DNA of 64,000 bases from the NCBI RefSeq assembly GCF_963921235.1, contig NC_086108.1, positions 22,940,001-23,004,000 of the forward strand, in the 5' to 3' direction. Within the stretch, counting starts at the first letter, position 1. Every line of letters starts with the position of its first letter. A program made the position numbers and the translations under genes. Below, one piece after another: positions 14,198-26,283 of this stretch. A model generated the notes under the pieces. It made no database searches, was not told where the DNA came from, and was given only the letters and a program-made list of their open reading frames with translations. Origin of the DNA: Mobula hypostoma. Its lineage: Eukaryota.

Positions 14198-15413
14198 CAA
14201 ACAAGAGAAAATCTGCAGATGCTGGAAATATGAGCAACACACACAAGATGCTGGATGAACTCAGAAGGCCAGGCAGCATCTAAGGGAAAGAGTACAGTTG
14301 ACATTTCGGGCCGAAAGCCTTTGGCAGGACTGGAGAAGAAAAGCTGAGGAGTAGATTTAAAAGGTGGGGAAGGGGAGAGAGAAACACAAGGTAAAAAGTG
14401 AAAACTGAAGGGGGATGGATGAAGTAAAAAGCTAGGAATTAAATTGTTCAAAGAGACAGAGGGCCTTGGAAGAAAGAAAAAGGGGGCAGGAGCACCAGCG
14501 GGAGTTGATGGGTGGGCAAGGAGATGAGGTGAGAGAGGGAAAAGGGGATGGGAAATGGTGAAGGAGAGGGGGGTGTGGGGGGCATTACCGTAAGTTTGAG
14601 CAATCGATGTTCATGCCATCAGGTTGGAGGCTACACAAACTGAACACAAGGTGTTGTTCCTCCAACCTAACTGTGGCCTCGTCATGACAATGGAGGAGGC
14701 CATGGATAGACATATTGGAATGGGAATGGGAAGTGGAATTAAAATGGGTGGCCACTGCGAGATCCCATTTATCAGGCGGACAAAGCGTAGGTGCTCGGCG
14801 AAGCGGTCTGCCAATTTACGGCGGCTCTCACCGATATACAGGAGGCCACACCAGAAGAAAATGCTGCACCTGTCCCTACACCAACTCCCTCACTACCATT
14901 CAGTGCCCTAAACAATCCGTCCAGGTAAAGACCTGTGAGTCTGCTGGGGTCACATACTGTGTCCGGTGTTCCCGGCATGGCCTCCTGTGTATCGGTGAGA
15001 GCATCTTATATTCCGTTTGGGCAGCTCCAACCTGATAGCATGAACATCAATTTCTCCAACTTCCAGAAATCTCCCCACTCCCCCCTCCCCTTCACCACTT
15101 CACATCCCCTTTTCCCTTTGTCACCTTATCTCCTTGTTTGTCCATCGCCTCCCTCTTGTGCTCCTCCCTCCCTTTTCTTTCTTCCATGGCCTTCTAACGC
15201 TTTCACCAATTTACTTCCTAACTTTTTACTCCATCCCTCCCACTTCAGGTTTCACCCATCACCTTATGTTTCTCTCTTTCCCCCCACCTTTTAAATCTAC
15301 TCCTCAGCGTTTTTTCTCCAGTCCTACCAAAGGGTTTTGGTCCGAAACATCGACTGCTCTCTTTTCCTAGATGTTGCCTGGCCTGCTGAGTTCCTCCAGC
15401 ATTTTGTGTGTGT
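14198..15413. mobile_element. Penelope-like element, inverted head-to-head 3' fragments, nested in the Tc1 transposase
   Basis: 13-bp TSD TAGCATTTAGTCT (14185-14197 and 15414-15426). GIY-YIG remnants on both strands (ADRFAEHLR; YCVRCSRHGLLCIGE). 39-bp extra tail on the left; both hammerhead cores are decayed. Confidence 0.9.
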
Positions 15414-16020
15414 TAGCATTTAGTCTGATAGCCAAAAAGCTCAATTTTGGTTTCACCAGGCCATAGAACCTCCTTCCAGCTGACTTCAGTCTCCCACATG
15501 CCTTCTAGCAAACTCTAGCCAAGATTTCATGCGAGTTTTTTTCAACAGAGACTTTCTCTTTGCCACTCTCCCATAAAGCTGCGACTGGTAAAGCAACCGA
15601 GCAACAGTTAATATGCATGGTCTCTCTCATCCCAGCCACTGAAGCTGGTAACTCCTCCAGAATTGTCATACGGCTCTTGATGGCTTCCGTCATGAGTCCC
15701 CTTCTGCACGGTCACCCAATGTTTGAGGACGGTCTGCTCTAGGCAGATTTACAGCTGTGCCATATTCTTTCCATTTCTTGATAATTGACTTAATTGCACT
15801 CCAAGGGATATTCAGTGACTTGGAAATTTCCTTGTATCCTTTTCCTGACTTGTGCTTTTCAATAACCTTTTTGCAGAGTTGCTTGGAGTGTTCTTTTGTC
15901 TTCATGGTGTAGTCTTTGCCAGGATACTGACTCACCAGCAGCTAGACCTTCCATTTAACTAATTATATGACTTCTCAAACCAATTGGTTGTACCAGTGAT
16001 GATTTGGTGTGTCATATTAA

Positions 16021-16130
16021 AGAAAAATAGAGGGCTATGGGTAACCCTCGGTAATTTCTAAAGTACATGTTCAGCACAGAATTGTGGGCTGAAGGTTCTG
16101 TATTGTACTGTAGGTTTTCTATGTTTCTAT
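16021..16130 (+). mobile_element. CR1 3' tail fragment inserted at the inner edge of the Tc1 right TIR
   Basis: Matches the 3' UTR of the CR1 at 23.9-24.05 kb and ends in ttctatgtttctatg. Confidence 0.8.
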
Positions 16131-16350
16131 GGGTCAATACGTATGCAATCAATTATTTTGTGTTTTAAATTTGTGATTAATTTAGATCACTTCGTAGAGA
16201 TCTGTTTTCATTTTGACATTAAAGAGTCTTTTTCTGTTGATCAGTGTCAAAAAAGCCAAATTAAATCCATTGTGATTCAACGTTGTAAAACAATAAAAAA
16301 TTTAAAAACATCCGGGGGGGGGGGCTGGTGAATACTTTTTATGGGCACTG

Positions 16351-17348
16351 TGGCTAGTGTGCCAAAGACTCTCGCACAGTACTATTGTAAGTTTATGTAT
16401 TGCCACAAAAAAAACTAATTTCATGACATATATGAGTGATGATAAACCTGATTCTGGTCTGGGTCTCTACTGTGGACTGAGAGTGGGAAGGGGGAAGAGA
16501 GAGGGGAATCATGGTTGGGAAAAGGGGAAGTGGGTGGGAAGCACCACGGAGACATTCTGTAATGTCAATAAAGTAATTGTCTGGATTCAAATAAGCTTGC
16601 CTGGTGTCTCTGAGCTGGGTGTGTTTGCACTAGCACTGCTCCTCTACCATCTGTCCCACACCCCTCCTGCAGTGCTCCACCTTCGCCATTCTCCCCACCA
16701 GATTTATAAACTTGCTCTCTGCTCCACATTGACAAAAACAGTACTGTGCAAAAGTTTTAGGTGTCTATATATGTAACATGCTGTAGGGTTTCACTGCTGT
16801 GTAACATGCTGTAAGGTTTCACTGATAATGTAATGGTTTCTCTGTAGCAGCGATGTTTGGGTTATGACTAGAGATAACGGGGTTTAGAGTGCTATTGTTC
16901 TTTCTTGTGAGTCTGGAAGAGAGATTTTCACGGTCTTTGAGGAGAGGAGAGAGGACACGAGTGGAGGGAGTTGGTAGACCGCTGGACAGGGCGGATGGAG
17001 CGAGGGTCCAAAGGGCAGTGATGATCGGAGAAGGTCGATGGTGGACAATCGGCTTATCAGTGAGCTCCAACGTTGCGCAATAGACTGTTCCATAAGATTG
17101 GGCCCTCTTACTTTTTTTTCGTTTTCTTTACTAACCATATAGTCAAGGTAAGGACTAATCATTTAATCGCATATTGTGTACGGTTTGTTATTTCAGGGTA
17201 CTGATTTGTAACAGGGGACACATCGCACAGCATCCACCCAAACGAGATTTCTTAAGTTTGGCCGGGCCGGGGGCTATCACCCCCTATATTAAGCAACTAG
17301 CTGAAGCGTGAGTTACATATATATACCTAAAACTTTTGCATAGTACTG
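16351..17348 (-). mobile_element. Hairpin-ended composite element, copy 2 (reverse orientation), interrupted by a solo LTR
   Basis: Core is the reverse complement of the 51.5 kb copy. Half hairpin at 16351-16385; the second hairpin is split into 16739-16771 and 17318-17348. Confidence 0.8.
16772..17317. mobile_element. Solo LTR (546 bp)
   Basis: TGTAAC...GTTACA terminal inverted repeats, 4-bp TATA duplication on both sides, and a short internal duplication of the first ~28 bp. Confidence 0.8.
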
Positions 17349-20300
17349 TGTTAGGCCTTATTCTGGAGTTAGGGTATATACCAAATATTATGTTCGATAG
17401 CAGCCATCCTTCAGACTTGAATGTGGATTGTGGATTAAATTTAAAATATAGTCCTGAACAATAGTTTCCTGGAGCTGTGGGCACCAGTTGATTGAAAAAC
17501 AGACAAATCTGATTAACATTTATTTTGGGTGTCTGGAGTGTGAGTGTGAGGAAGGACATATGTGAAAAATATATGCAATTCAAAGGAAGCATTGCAGGTA
17601 CGCTGTAACTATAGAATTGTCCTACTGTTACCTTTGATCTTTAGCATTAGAATGTCATATAATATTGGGTCGGGAGGCCTCTGTATTGACTAACTTCAGA
17701 GTCTCTCTGGTGACTTTGTTCGTGTTACAGCATTTAGGGCCTTATCTGGGATATCTTCATGACTCATCATCGGCAATCTGAGCAGTCTAAGTGGGTGAGT
17801 ATTTTTAAAGTTAACACTCACACTTGGATCTATTCAGGTCGGTAACGACGGGATCACAAACACAGCAGTATGGCTCAGGCAGTGCAGGATGGTACATGGC
17901 CAACTATCAGGAACGCCAACATTGAAGAGAAATATCACTACTTTAAGGGGAAAGTGAGGCAGTGACTGAGGGGAGGTGAAATTCACTGGGGAACAATAAT
18001 GTCAGTGGTTCAGAGAGATGATGAGCCTGCCATGGATTATGCAGAATGTAAGTATAAAGCATCTGAGCAGTATTCAGGGAGATTTGACCCAACCTTCCTG
18101 AAAATGCTGAAGTTCAGCCCAGCAAGAAGTTTTAGATTTGGGAATAGCTCTGGAATCAACCTTCTCAATGATAATGTCATGGGCCAGTGAGATAGACCAG
18201 AAGAGGGGGAGTGTCCTGAAAAGAGAGCGAAGTGTGAGAATCACTCAGCAAAGCAAGCAGAATTCACAGCAACACCCTTTCTTTCTGATTTCACTGCTGA
18301 GCAGATTATAGAGTTGGTGAGGTCAGGCAAATAGCTGATGGCAGCCTCTATTGCCAGTGGAGGTCATCCACTGTACACAAGAGGTTTATTAGGTGCCAGC
18401 AATGCGAACTGTTAGTGGACACGGGGTTGTCAATATTGATAACGGATCTACCCTTGCCCATGACTGGAGAGGCAATTTACATTACCAGTGCAGGAGGAGA
18501 AACAATGAGGGCAGAGACTTCAGCCTCAGGTACTTGACATTGAGGGGGTGCAGCTTCCAGTAGGTTTCTGGGTGTGTCCAGGGGATGGTCACACTGAGTA
18601 AGGCAGGTGCTATCATAGACTCAGGAGAAGGAGAAATAACATGGACAAGACAGGGACAGCGAACTTATGTGACCAGCAAAGCAACCAACATGACTCAGAG
18701 AGACAGCAGCACCAAGCAGGTAGGGAAGGCAGGGTGATGTGTGTGAACAAAATGCAGCTCTGAACAATAGTTCTCCTGGAGCTGTGGACACCAGTTGATT
18801 GAAAAGCAGACAAAGCTAATTAGTATGTCAGGAGGTCCCAAGAGGAGGGACAGCACCATGAGGAGCTGTTAAAAGTAGTGCAGCTCCTGAGGAGGGAGCA
18901 GTGATTGAAGTAAAGGCTCACCAGAAAGGGGATAGTAAGGAGCAGAAAGGGAATGAGGGGGCAGACATCGATGTGAGAAGGGGAAGAACAAAAAGCACCA
19001 GAAATTACAAGTGTACGGGAAGAAACCACAATGCCAATTTATTAAAATTACATAAAGATATGAAGGACCTCTGTAACCAGGGTAACACATTGAGGGACTG
19101 AGCAAAGCAGCAGTGACATATTGCAGATCAGAGAGAGTCCGAGGGAGAGAAGGTAGTTCTCCCATAGCCAGGTAACCAAGTCATGGTAAGGGAGCTGGTT
19201 GAAAAGACAGGAGGATAGAACCACAGGTGGTGTTCCCGATGAATAACGCCTGTGTTGGTGTACAGTCCCAACGAGGCAGCCAGTGGAAACTCTGGACTCA
19301 GGTTAAACTGTACCACCCAGCTTCTTGTCCCCCTCACAGACAGAGCGAGAGATCGAGTGTACCCAGTAACAGCGTCATTGCAGAGAACCGAAGTGAAGGA
19401 CCCTAGCCAGCTATGTCAGACCTGAACACAGCTGGTGGAAACAGACCTGCGGCAAACGCAAAGGCAGAGGACGCCGAGGGAGTGTGAGAGCAAGCTGTGA
19501 ATAGCATGTTAAAGTATAATAGTAACTGTACTCTGTGATGAAGCCTGGTTGCTGAAGGCAGATGATTAGTTGTATAGTTCAATATAGAAAAACATTTGAG
19601 AAAAATAGATAGGAAGGGTTCCAAGCTACAGCAGAGACATCAGGCTCCACAACTCTGAAGGTGTGGCAGATTAAGAAAGAAATTAAACACAGACTCTGAA
19701 GGTAGTCACTCACAGCCTGTAAAGGGGGGGGGAGGGGATACAAATGAGCTGGGCCCTTACAGAGGTGGGCCAGTGATCATATGGACAGTCCAGAAGAGGG
19801 TCCCACCCGGGTGAGGTCCTTGCAGTCACTCAAATAGAGAGAACCACAGCCCCTCCTGGGGACCTGGAGATGTGAGAGACTAATCATTAAGAATCTAACC
19901 ATCTTTTGTCATGACATGGAGCATGAAATGTTGCAACTGTGTCTGATACATAAAGGGATGAAGATAAAGGATGTGATTAAACTGTAATTGGCCAGCAGGG
20001 AAGGAGGCAATAGGCATACAAAGCTGCATTTTAAAGATTTGGTCAAATTTCTGAAACAATCTCTGCTTGTAGATAGCCATTAGGGATGATAGGGTAGATG
20101 CAGATTCACATGATAGGTAATTTGTGAAAGGGTTCACAAATTTTTGCTGCCCTATTTGCTTAGATCCTCCTTAAGGTTTGGCCTTTCCTGGAACAAACTT
20201 ATTTTTGTCCAGGAGGGCCAAGAGGAGGGCCTGTTAGGACGTATTCTGGAGTTAGGGCATATAACAATTATTAAGTTCAACAGCAGCCATTCTTCAGATT

Positions 20301-20657
20301 TGAACGTGGATTGTAGATTGAACTTAAAATGCCGCCCTGAGTGATAATTTTCTTGGAGCTGTGGACACCAGCTATTTGCAAAGCAGACAAAGCTGATCAG
20401 CATTCATTTTGGGTGTCTGGAGTGTGGGTGCGAAGAAAGAGCTGTGCGAAAATTATATGCGATTCAAAGGAAGCATTGTAAATATTGCAACGATAGAATT
20501 GTTCTGCTGTTACCTTTGATCTTTAGCATAAAAAATGTCATGTAATATTGCGTTCAACCAGCCTCTTCCTCCAAGAGTGTCTCATTTTGTTGAATAAAAC
20601 ACTTTTGTATCCATCAGCTTCATGTGTCACTCCAGTGATTTTGTTCACATTATAACA
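17349..20657 (+). mobile_element. Internally deleted class I (gamma/epsilon-like) endogenous retrovirus
   Basis: LTRs at 17349-17732 and 20232-20657 (TG...CA) with 4-bp TSD ACTG. PBS 17735-17752 is 13/18 identical to the tRNA-Pro PBS TGGGGGCTCGTCCGGGAT. Purine-rich PPT precedes the 3' LTR. Protease LLVDTG at ~18409-18426 and RNase H VKAHQKG..KGNEGAD in ORF 18901..19101. Confidence 0.9.
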
Positions 20658-21544
20658 ACTGTATATGACAGATAAATGTCTGACAGATGATCAATGTATA
20701 TTGTGTGTTGGTTTTGCCATTTGCACAGAACCTTCTTATCAGCAGGTTACAGGAAACAAAAATAAAAATCTAGTTATAAATGTAAGTATGGGAGGAAGTC
20801 CTTTTGTAGATCAGCTTTAAAGTTCTGCCTCCTGACATTGTAACTCTCATCCTTCATTAGAGATTTTCCCACTAGTGGAAGCATCTTGACATCCACCCTG
20901 TCTTTCCCCTCAAGATGTCATGTGCTTCAATAAGCTCTCACCTAATTTTTTTCTGAACTCTTAAAAAAATGTATATATACAGGTATATGCATATATTCAA
21001 TAGGTGATCAGGAGGTCTAGTGATTCAGGGATTAGGTTCAAAGGTCAAATTTAATGTCAGAGAAATGTATACAATATACATTCTGAAATGCTTTTTCTTC
21101 GCAAACATCCACAAAAACAGAGAAGTGCCCCAAAGGATGAACAAACGACAGTTAAATCTGAGAGCCCCAAAGTCCCCTCCAAACTCCCCCCTCCCACGTG
21201 TAAGTGGCAGCGAGCAATGATTAGGAGAAGATTTGTAAAGCTTCACTGACTATGAATTTACTGAGACTACTCTTCCTCTTCTTAGTGAATTCTTTAACAA
21301 AGTAGTTTTCTCTTCATTCAATTGTCAAGGTATCCAGAGGGTTGTCACCAGCCCTTTTGCATCAAGAGGAAGTTTGAAATGGTTTTGTAAGAAATGTCTT
21401 CAACAGGTGCAGAAAGAACAAAAAGAGATTTGGGAGGATAAAGAATTGACAGACCAACAAATGTCAAAGTGTTCCATTGTTGTGAGCCATAGGATTGAAG
21501 CAAAAGGCCTAAAGGATTTCCTTTTGCATTTATTATAAAGAAAT

Positions 21545-21780
21545 TGTAAGGCAGGCAGAGAAAATGCATTAATGATGCATCTAAAGCCTCCTTGAAGAAA
21601 TGCACCATCCCTAACAACTTTCAGGGACTGTTGGCACGTGACCACTAAGGTGGAGAAGGAGATTGGGGATGACATTCAGCATAAACAGCACCACCCATCA
21701 CTTGCATCATCAGCCACTGTGATAAAACTCTGCCTTCCCAGAGGTGCAAGCAAAACATCTTCCATCTTGAGCCCTTACCT
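21545..21780 (+). mobile_element. RTE-clade LINE 3' remnant
   Basis: ggcaggcagagaaaatgc..aaagcctccttgaagaaatgc..gaccactaaggtggagaagg resembles the RTE C-terminal region (GRQRK..D.LK.SLK..DR..WR). Confidence 0.45.
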
Positions 21781-22029
21781 CACCAGAGGAAGAAGCGCAT
21801 GCCATGCCTTCTGCCATTTTGCTTCAATTAAAGCAGTTTAGTTGAACATAAAACAGTACCACATTTGGCCCATTATGTCTGTGCTGACCGTAGCACCAAT
21901 TTAAACTGCACGAGGTCCATCTTCCCTGCCTGTTCCTGCTTCTGTCTTCTTAAATGATGTTATTGTTCATACCTTCTGGAGTCCTCGTTGCCATCAAGAG
22001 TGAATAAAGCATTTTTATCATTACCTTTT

Positions 22030-22565
22030 CCAGAAGACACAGGAGCAGAATCAGGCTACTTCGCCTGTTGTCTGCTCCACCATTTCATCATGGCTGATCT
22101 ATTCCCTCTCTACTTCATTCTCCTACCTTCCCCCTGTAACCTTTCATGCCCTGACTTATCAAAAACCTATCAACCTCCACCTTAAATACACCCAATGACT
22201 TGTCCTCCTCAGCTGCCTGTGGCAATGAATTCCACATATTCTCTACCCTCCGGCTAACAAGATTCTTCCTCTTCTCCATTCTAAATGGATGTTCTTCTAT
22301 TCTGAGGCTGTGTCCTAGGTGTCTCCACTGTAGGAAGTATCATCTCCGCACCCACTCTTTTCGAGGCCTTAATATTCAATAGGTTTCAATGAGGTACCCC
22401 CACATTCTTCTAAATTCCAGCGAGTACAGGCCCAGATCCATCAATTGCTCGTCAAACAATAAGCCGTTCTTTCCTAGAATCACTCTCATGAATCTCCTTC
22501 CGAAAACTCCCTAACATCAGCACATCCTTTCTTAAATAAGGGGTCCCAAAACTCCTCTCAATACT
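22030..22565 (-). mobile_element. CR1 LINE 3' fragment
   Basis: Reverse CR1 3' UTR (ggagcagaatcaggc..catggctgat) and RT C-terminal sequence. Confidence 0.8.
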
Positions 22566-23084
22566 TTCTAGAAATGTAAGCTTTTTTTTCTCCCTGCCTA
22601 CGGATGTGAATGTTATTACTAGAAAAGAGTCTTCTATTCCTGGATTTTAAAACTGAATTAGCAGGCCAGATGATCAAAGTATGATGTTGTGTCTCTATCA
22701 GTGACTGCTGACTCCTTCAGTACCGTAAACAATGTCCAGAACATGACTTGGGATTATTAGATGAAAATTGACATTGTTCTAGTCACCAACCCATGATTAG
22801 GTATTAAGGGTTGGAGGACTGAGTGCAGCACTTGCATTTGTCACAGAAGTGTGAATTGAGCAGACTTAATACTTTCATATTGCACTCAGGAAATAAAATT
22901 GTAATTGCAATTTAAATATTCCCCTGTCAATTAGTTAGTTTCTGTTGGAAGATTTTAATCACCTTAGCATTATTTCTGAAACTGTTGTGCTGATTTCTCC
23001 CCAACCCCAATGGTGTTTTCTCTCCTGTGAACTAGTAATTAACCCTTTCTATCTGTCACATTGAGTTGCTGCTTTTTTAAAGAA

Positions 23085-23925
23085 ACTATGTGGCTAGGCA
23101 CAGCTCAAATACCATCTATAAATTTGCTGATGATACAACCATTGTTGGTAGAATCTCAGGTGGTGACAAGATTGCGTACAGGAGTGAGATATGCCAACTA
23201 GTGGAGTGGTGCTACAGCAACAACCTGGCACTCAACATCAGTAAGATGAAAGAGCTAATTATGGACTTCAGGAAGGGTAAGATGAAGGAACACATACCAA
23301 TCCTCAGAGAGGGATCAGAAGTGGAGAGAGGGAGCAGCTTCAAGTTCCTGTGTGTCAAGATCTCTGAGGAACTAACCTGGTCCCAACACACTGATGTAGT
23401 CATAAAGAAGGCAAGACAGCTTCACTTCACTAGGAGTTTGAAGCGATTTGGCATGTCAACAAATACACTCAAAAACTTCTATAGATGGACCATGGAGAGC
23501 ATTCTGCCAGGCTGCATCACTGTTGGGTGTGGAGGGGCTACTGCACAGGTTCAAAAGAAGCTGCAGAAGGTTGTAAATCTAGTCAGTTCCATCTTGGGTA
23601 CTAGCCTACGAAGTACCCAGGACATCTTTAGGGAGCAGTGAATCAGAAAGGCAGTGTCCATTATTAAAGATCTCCAGCACCCAGGGCATGCCCTTTTCTT
23701 ACTGTTACCATCAGGTAGGAGGTACAGAAGCCTGAAGACACACACTCAGTGATTTAGGAATGGCTTCTTCCCCTCTGCCATCCAATTCCTAAATGGACAT
23801 TGAATCTTTGGACATTACCTCACTTTTTTTTAATATAAAGTATTTCTGTTTTTGCATATTTTTTGAATCTATTCAATATATGTAATTTATTTACTCATTT
23901 ATTTACTATTATTATTTTTTAATTT
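23085..23925 (+). mobile_element. Rex1/Babar-type LINE 3' portion; its tail resumes at ~26285-26387 after a CR1 insertion
   Basis: ORF 23090..23641 (YKFADDTTIVGRI, FKFLCVKISEELTW). The AT-rich 3' UTR is split by the CR1. Confidence 0.88.
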
Positions 23926-23926
23926 T

Positions 23927-26283
23927 AGAAACACTGAAACATAGAAAACCTACAGCACAATACAGGCCCTTCAGCCCACAAAATGTGCCGAACATGTCCC
24001 TACCTTAGAAATTACTAGGATTACTCATAGCCCTCTATTTTTCTAAGCTCCACGTATCTATCCAAAAGTCTTTTAAAAGACACTATCATATCCGCCTCCA
24101 CCACCGTTGCCGGCAGTCCATTCCACGCAGTCACCACTTTCTGAGTAAAAAACTTACCCCTGACACCTCCTCTGTACCTACTCCCAAGCACCTTAAACCT
24201 CTGCCCTCTTGTGGCAGCCGCTTCAGCCCTGGGAAAAAGCTTCTGACTATCCACACGATCAATGCCTCTCATCATCTTATACACCTCTATCAGGTCACCT
24301 CTCATCCTCCGTCGCTCCAAGGAGAAAAGGCCGAGTTCACTCAACCTGTTTTCATAAGGCATGCTCCCCAATCCAGGCAACATCCTTGTAAATCTCCTCT
24401 GCACCCTTTCTATGGTTTCCACATCCTTCCTGTAGTGAGGCGACTAGAACTGAGCACAGTACTGCAAGTGGGGTCTGACCATGGTCCTATATAGTTGCAT
24501 CATTACCTCTCGGCTCCTAAATTCAATTCCACGATCGATGAAGGCCAATACACCGTATGCCTTCTTAACCACAGAGTCAACCTGCACAGCTGCTTTGAGC
24601 GTCCTATGGACTCGGACCCCAAAATCCTTCTGATCCTCCACACTGCCAAGAGTCTTATCATTAATATTATATTCTGCCATCATACTTGACCTACCAAAAT
24701 GAACTACTTCACACTTATCTGGGTTGAATGCCATCTGCCACTTCTCAACCCAGTTTTGCATCCTATCAATGTCCTGCTGTAACCTCTGACACCCTCCACA
24801 CTATCCACAACACCCCCAACCTTTGTGTCATCAGCAAACTTACTAACCCATCCCTCCACTTCCTCATCCAGGTCATTTAGTCAGGGTCCCAGAACAGATC
24901 CCTGAGGCACACCACTAGTCACCGACCTCCGTGCAGAATATGACCCGTCTACAACCACTCTTTGCCTTCTGTGGGCAATCCAGTTCTGGATCCATAAAGC
25001 AATGTCCCCTTAGATCCCATGCCTCCTTACTTTCTCAATAAGCCTTGCATGGGGTATCTTATCAAATGCCTTGCTGAAATCCACATACACTGCATCTACT
25101 GCTCTTCCTTCATCAATGTGTTTAGTCACATCCTCAAAAAATTCAATCAGGCTTGTAAGGCATGACTTGCCCTTGACAAAGCTATGCTGACTATTCCTAA
25201 TCATATTATACCTCTCCAAATGTTCATAAATCTTGCCTCTCAGGATCTTCTCCATCAACTTACCAACCACTGAAGTAAGACTCACTGGTCTATAATTTCC
25301 TGGGCTATCTACTCCTTTTCTTGAATAGGGGAACAACATCCGCAACCCTCCAATCCTCCGGAACCTCTCCCGTCTCCATTAATGGTGCAAAGATCATTGC
25401 CAGAGGCTCAGCAATCTCCTCCCTCGCCTCCCACAGTAGCCTGGGGTACATCTCATCTGGTCCCGGCAACTTATCCAACTTGATGCTTTCCAAAAGCTCC
25501 AGCACATCCTCTTTCTCAATATCTACATGCTCAAGCTTTTCAGTCTGCTGGAAGTCATCACTACAATCACCAAGATCCTTTTCCATAGTGAATACTGAAG
25601 TAAAGTATTCATTAAGTACCTCTGCTATTTCCTCTGGTTCCATACACACTTTCCCACTGTCACACTTGATAGGTCCTATTCTTTCACGTCTTATCCTCTT
25701 GCTCTTCACATACTTGTAGAATGCCTTGGGGTTTTTCTTAATCCTGCCTGTCAAGGCCTTCTCATGGCCCCTTCTGGCTCTCCTAATTTCGTTCTTAAGC
25801 TCCTTCCTGTTAGCCTTATAATCTTCTAGGTTGCTAATATTACTTAGCTGTCTGAACCTTTCGTAAGTTTTTCTTTTCCTCTTGACTCGATTTACTACAG
25901 CCTTTGTACACCACGGTTCCTGTACCCTACCATAACTTCCTTGTCTCTTTCGAAGGTACCTATGGAGAACTCCACACAAATATCCCCTGAACATTTGCTG
26001 CATTTCTTCCATACCTTTCTCTGAGAACATCTGTTCCCAATTTAAGCTTCCAAGTTCCTGTCTGATAGCCTCATAATTCTCCTTACTCTAATTAAACGCC
26101 ATTCTAACTTGTCTGTTCATATCTCTCTCCAATGCTATTGTAAAGGAGATAGAATTATGATCACTATCTCCAAAATGCTCTCCCACTGAGAGATGTGACA
26201 CCTGACCAGGTTCATTTCCCAATACCAAATCAAGTACAGTCTCTCCTCTTGTAGGCTTATCTACATATTGTGTCAAGAAACCT
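23927..26283 (-). mobile_element. CR1 LINE (second family), 5'-truncated ORF2 with stops and an internal deletion
   Basis: ORFs 26088..26276 (APE: LDLVLGNEPG..SDHN), 25305..26030, 25010..25345 (NYRPVSLTS, DFSKAFDK), 24444..24761 and 24021..24422. Confidence 0.95.

Larger units (their letters stand above)
13478..16350 (-). mobile_element. Tc1-family DNA transposon (IR/DR type) with a broken transposase and nested insertions
   Basis: ~200-bp TIRs, CAGTGCCTATTAAAAAGTCTTCACC ... GGTGAATACTTTTTATGGGCACTG, with inner direct repeats. HTH ORF 15690..15935 (MKTKEHSKQL..GYKEISKSLNIP) and DDE-region ORF 13984..14190 (TMKHGDGCIMLRGCF). TA on the left, TG on the right. Confidence 0.93.
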
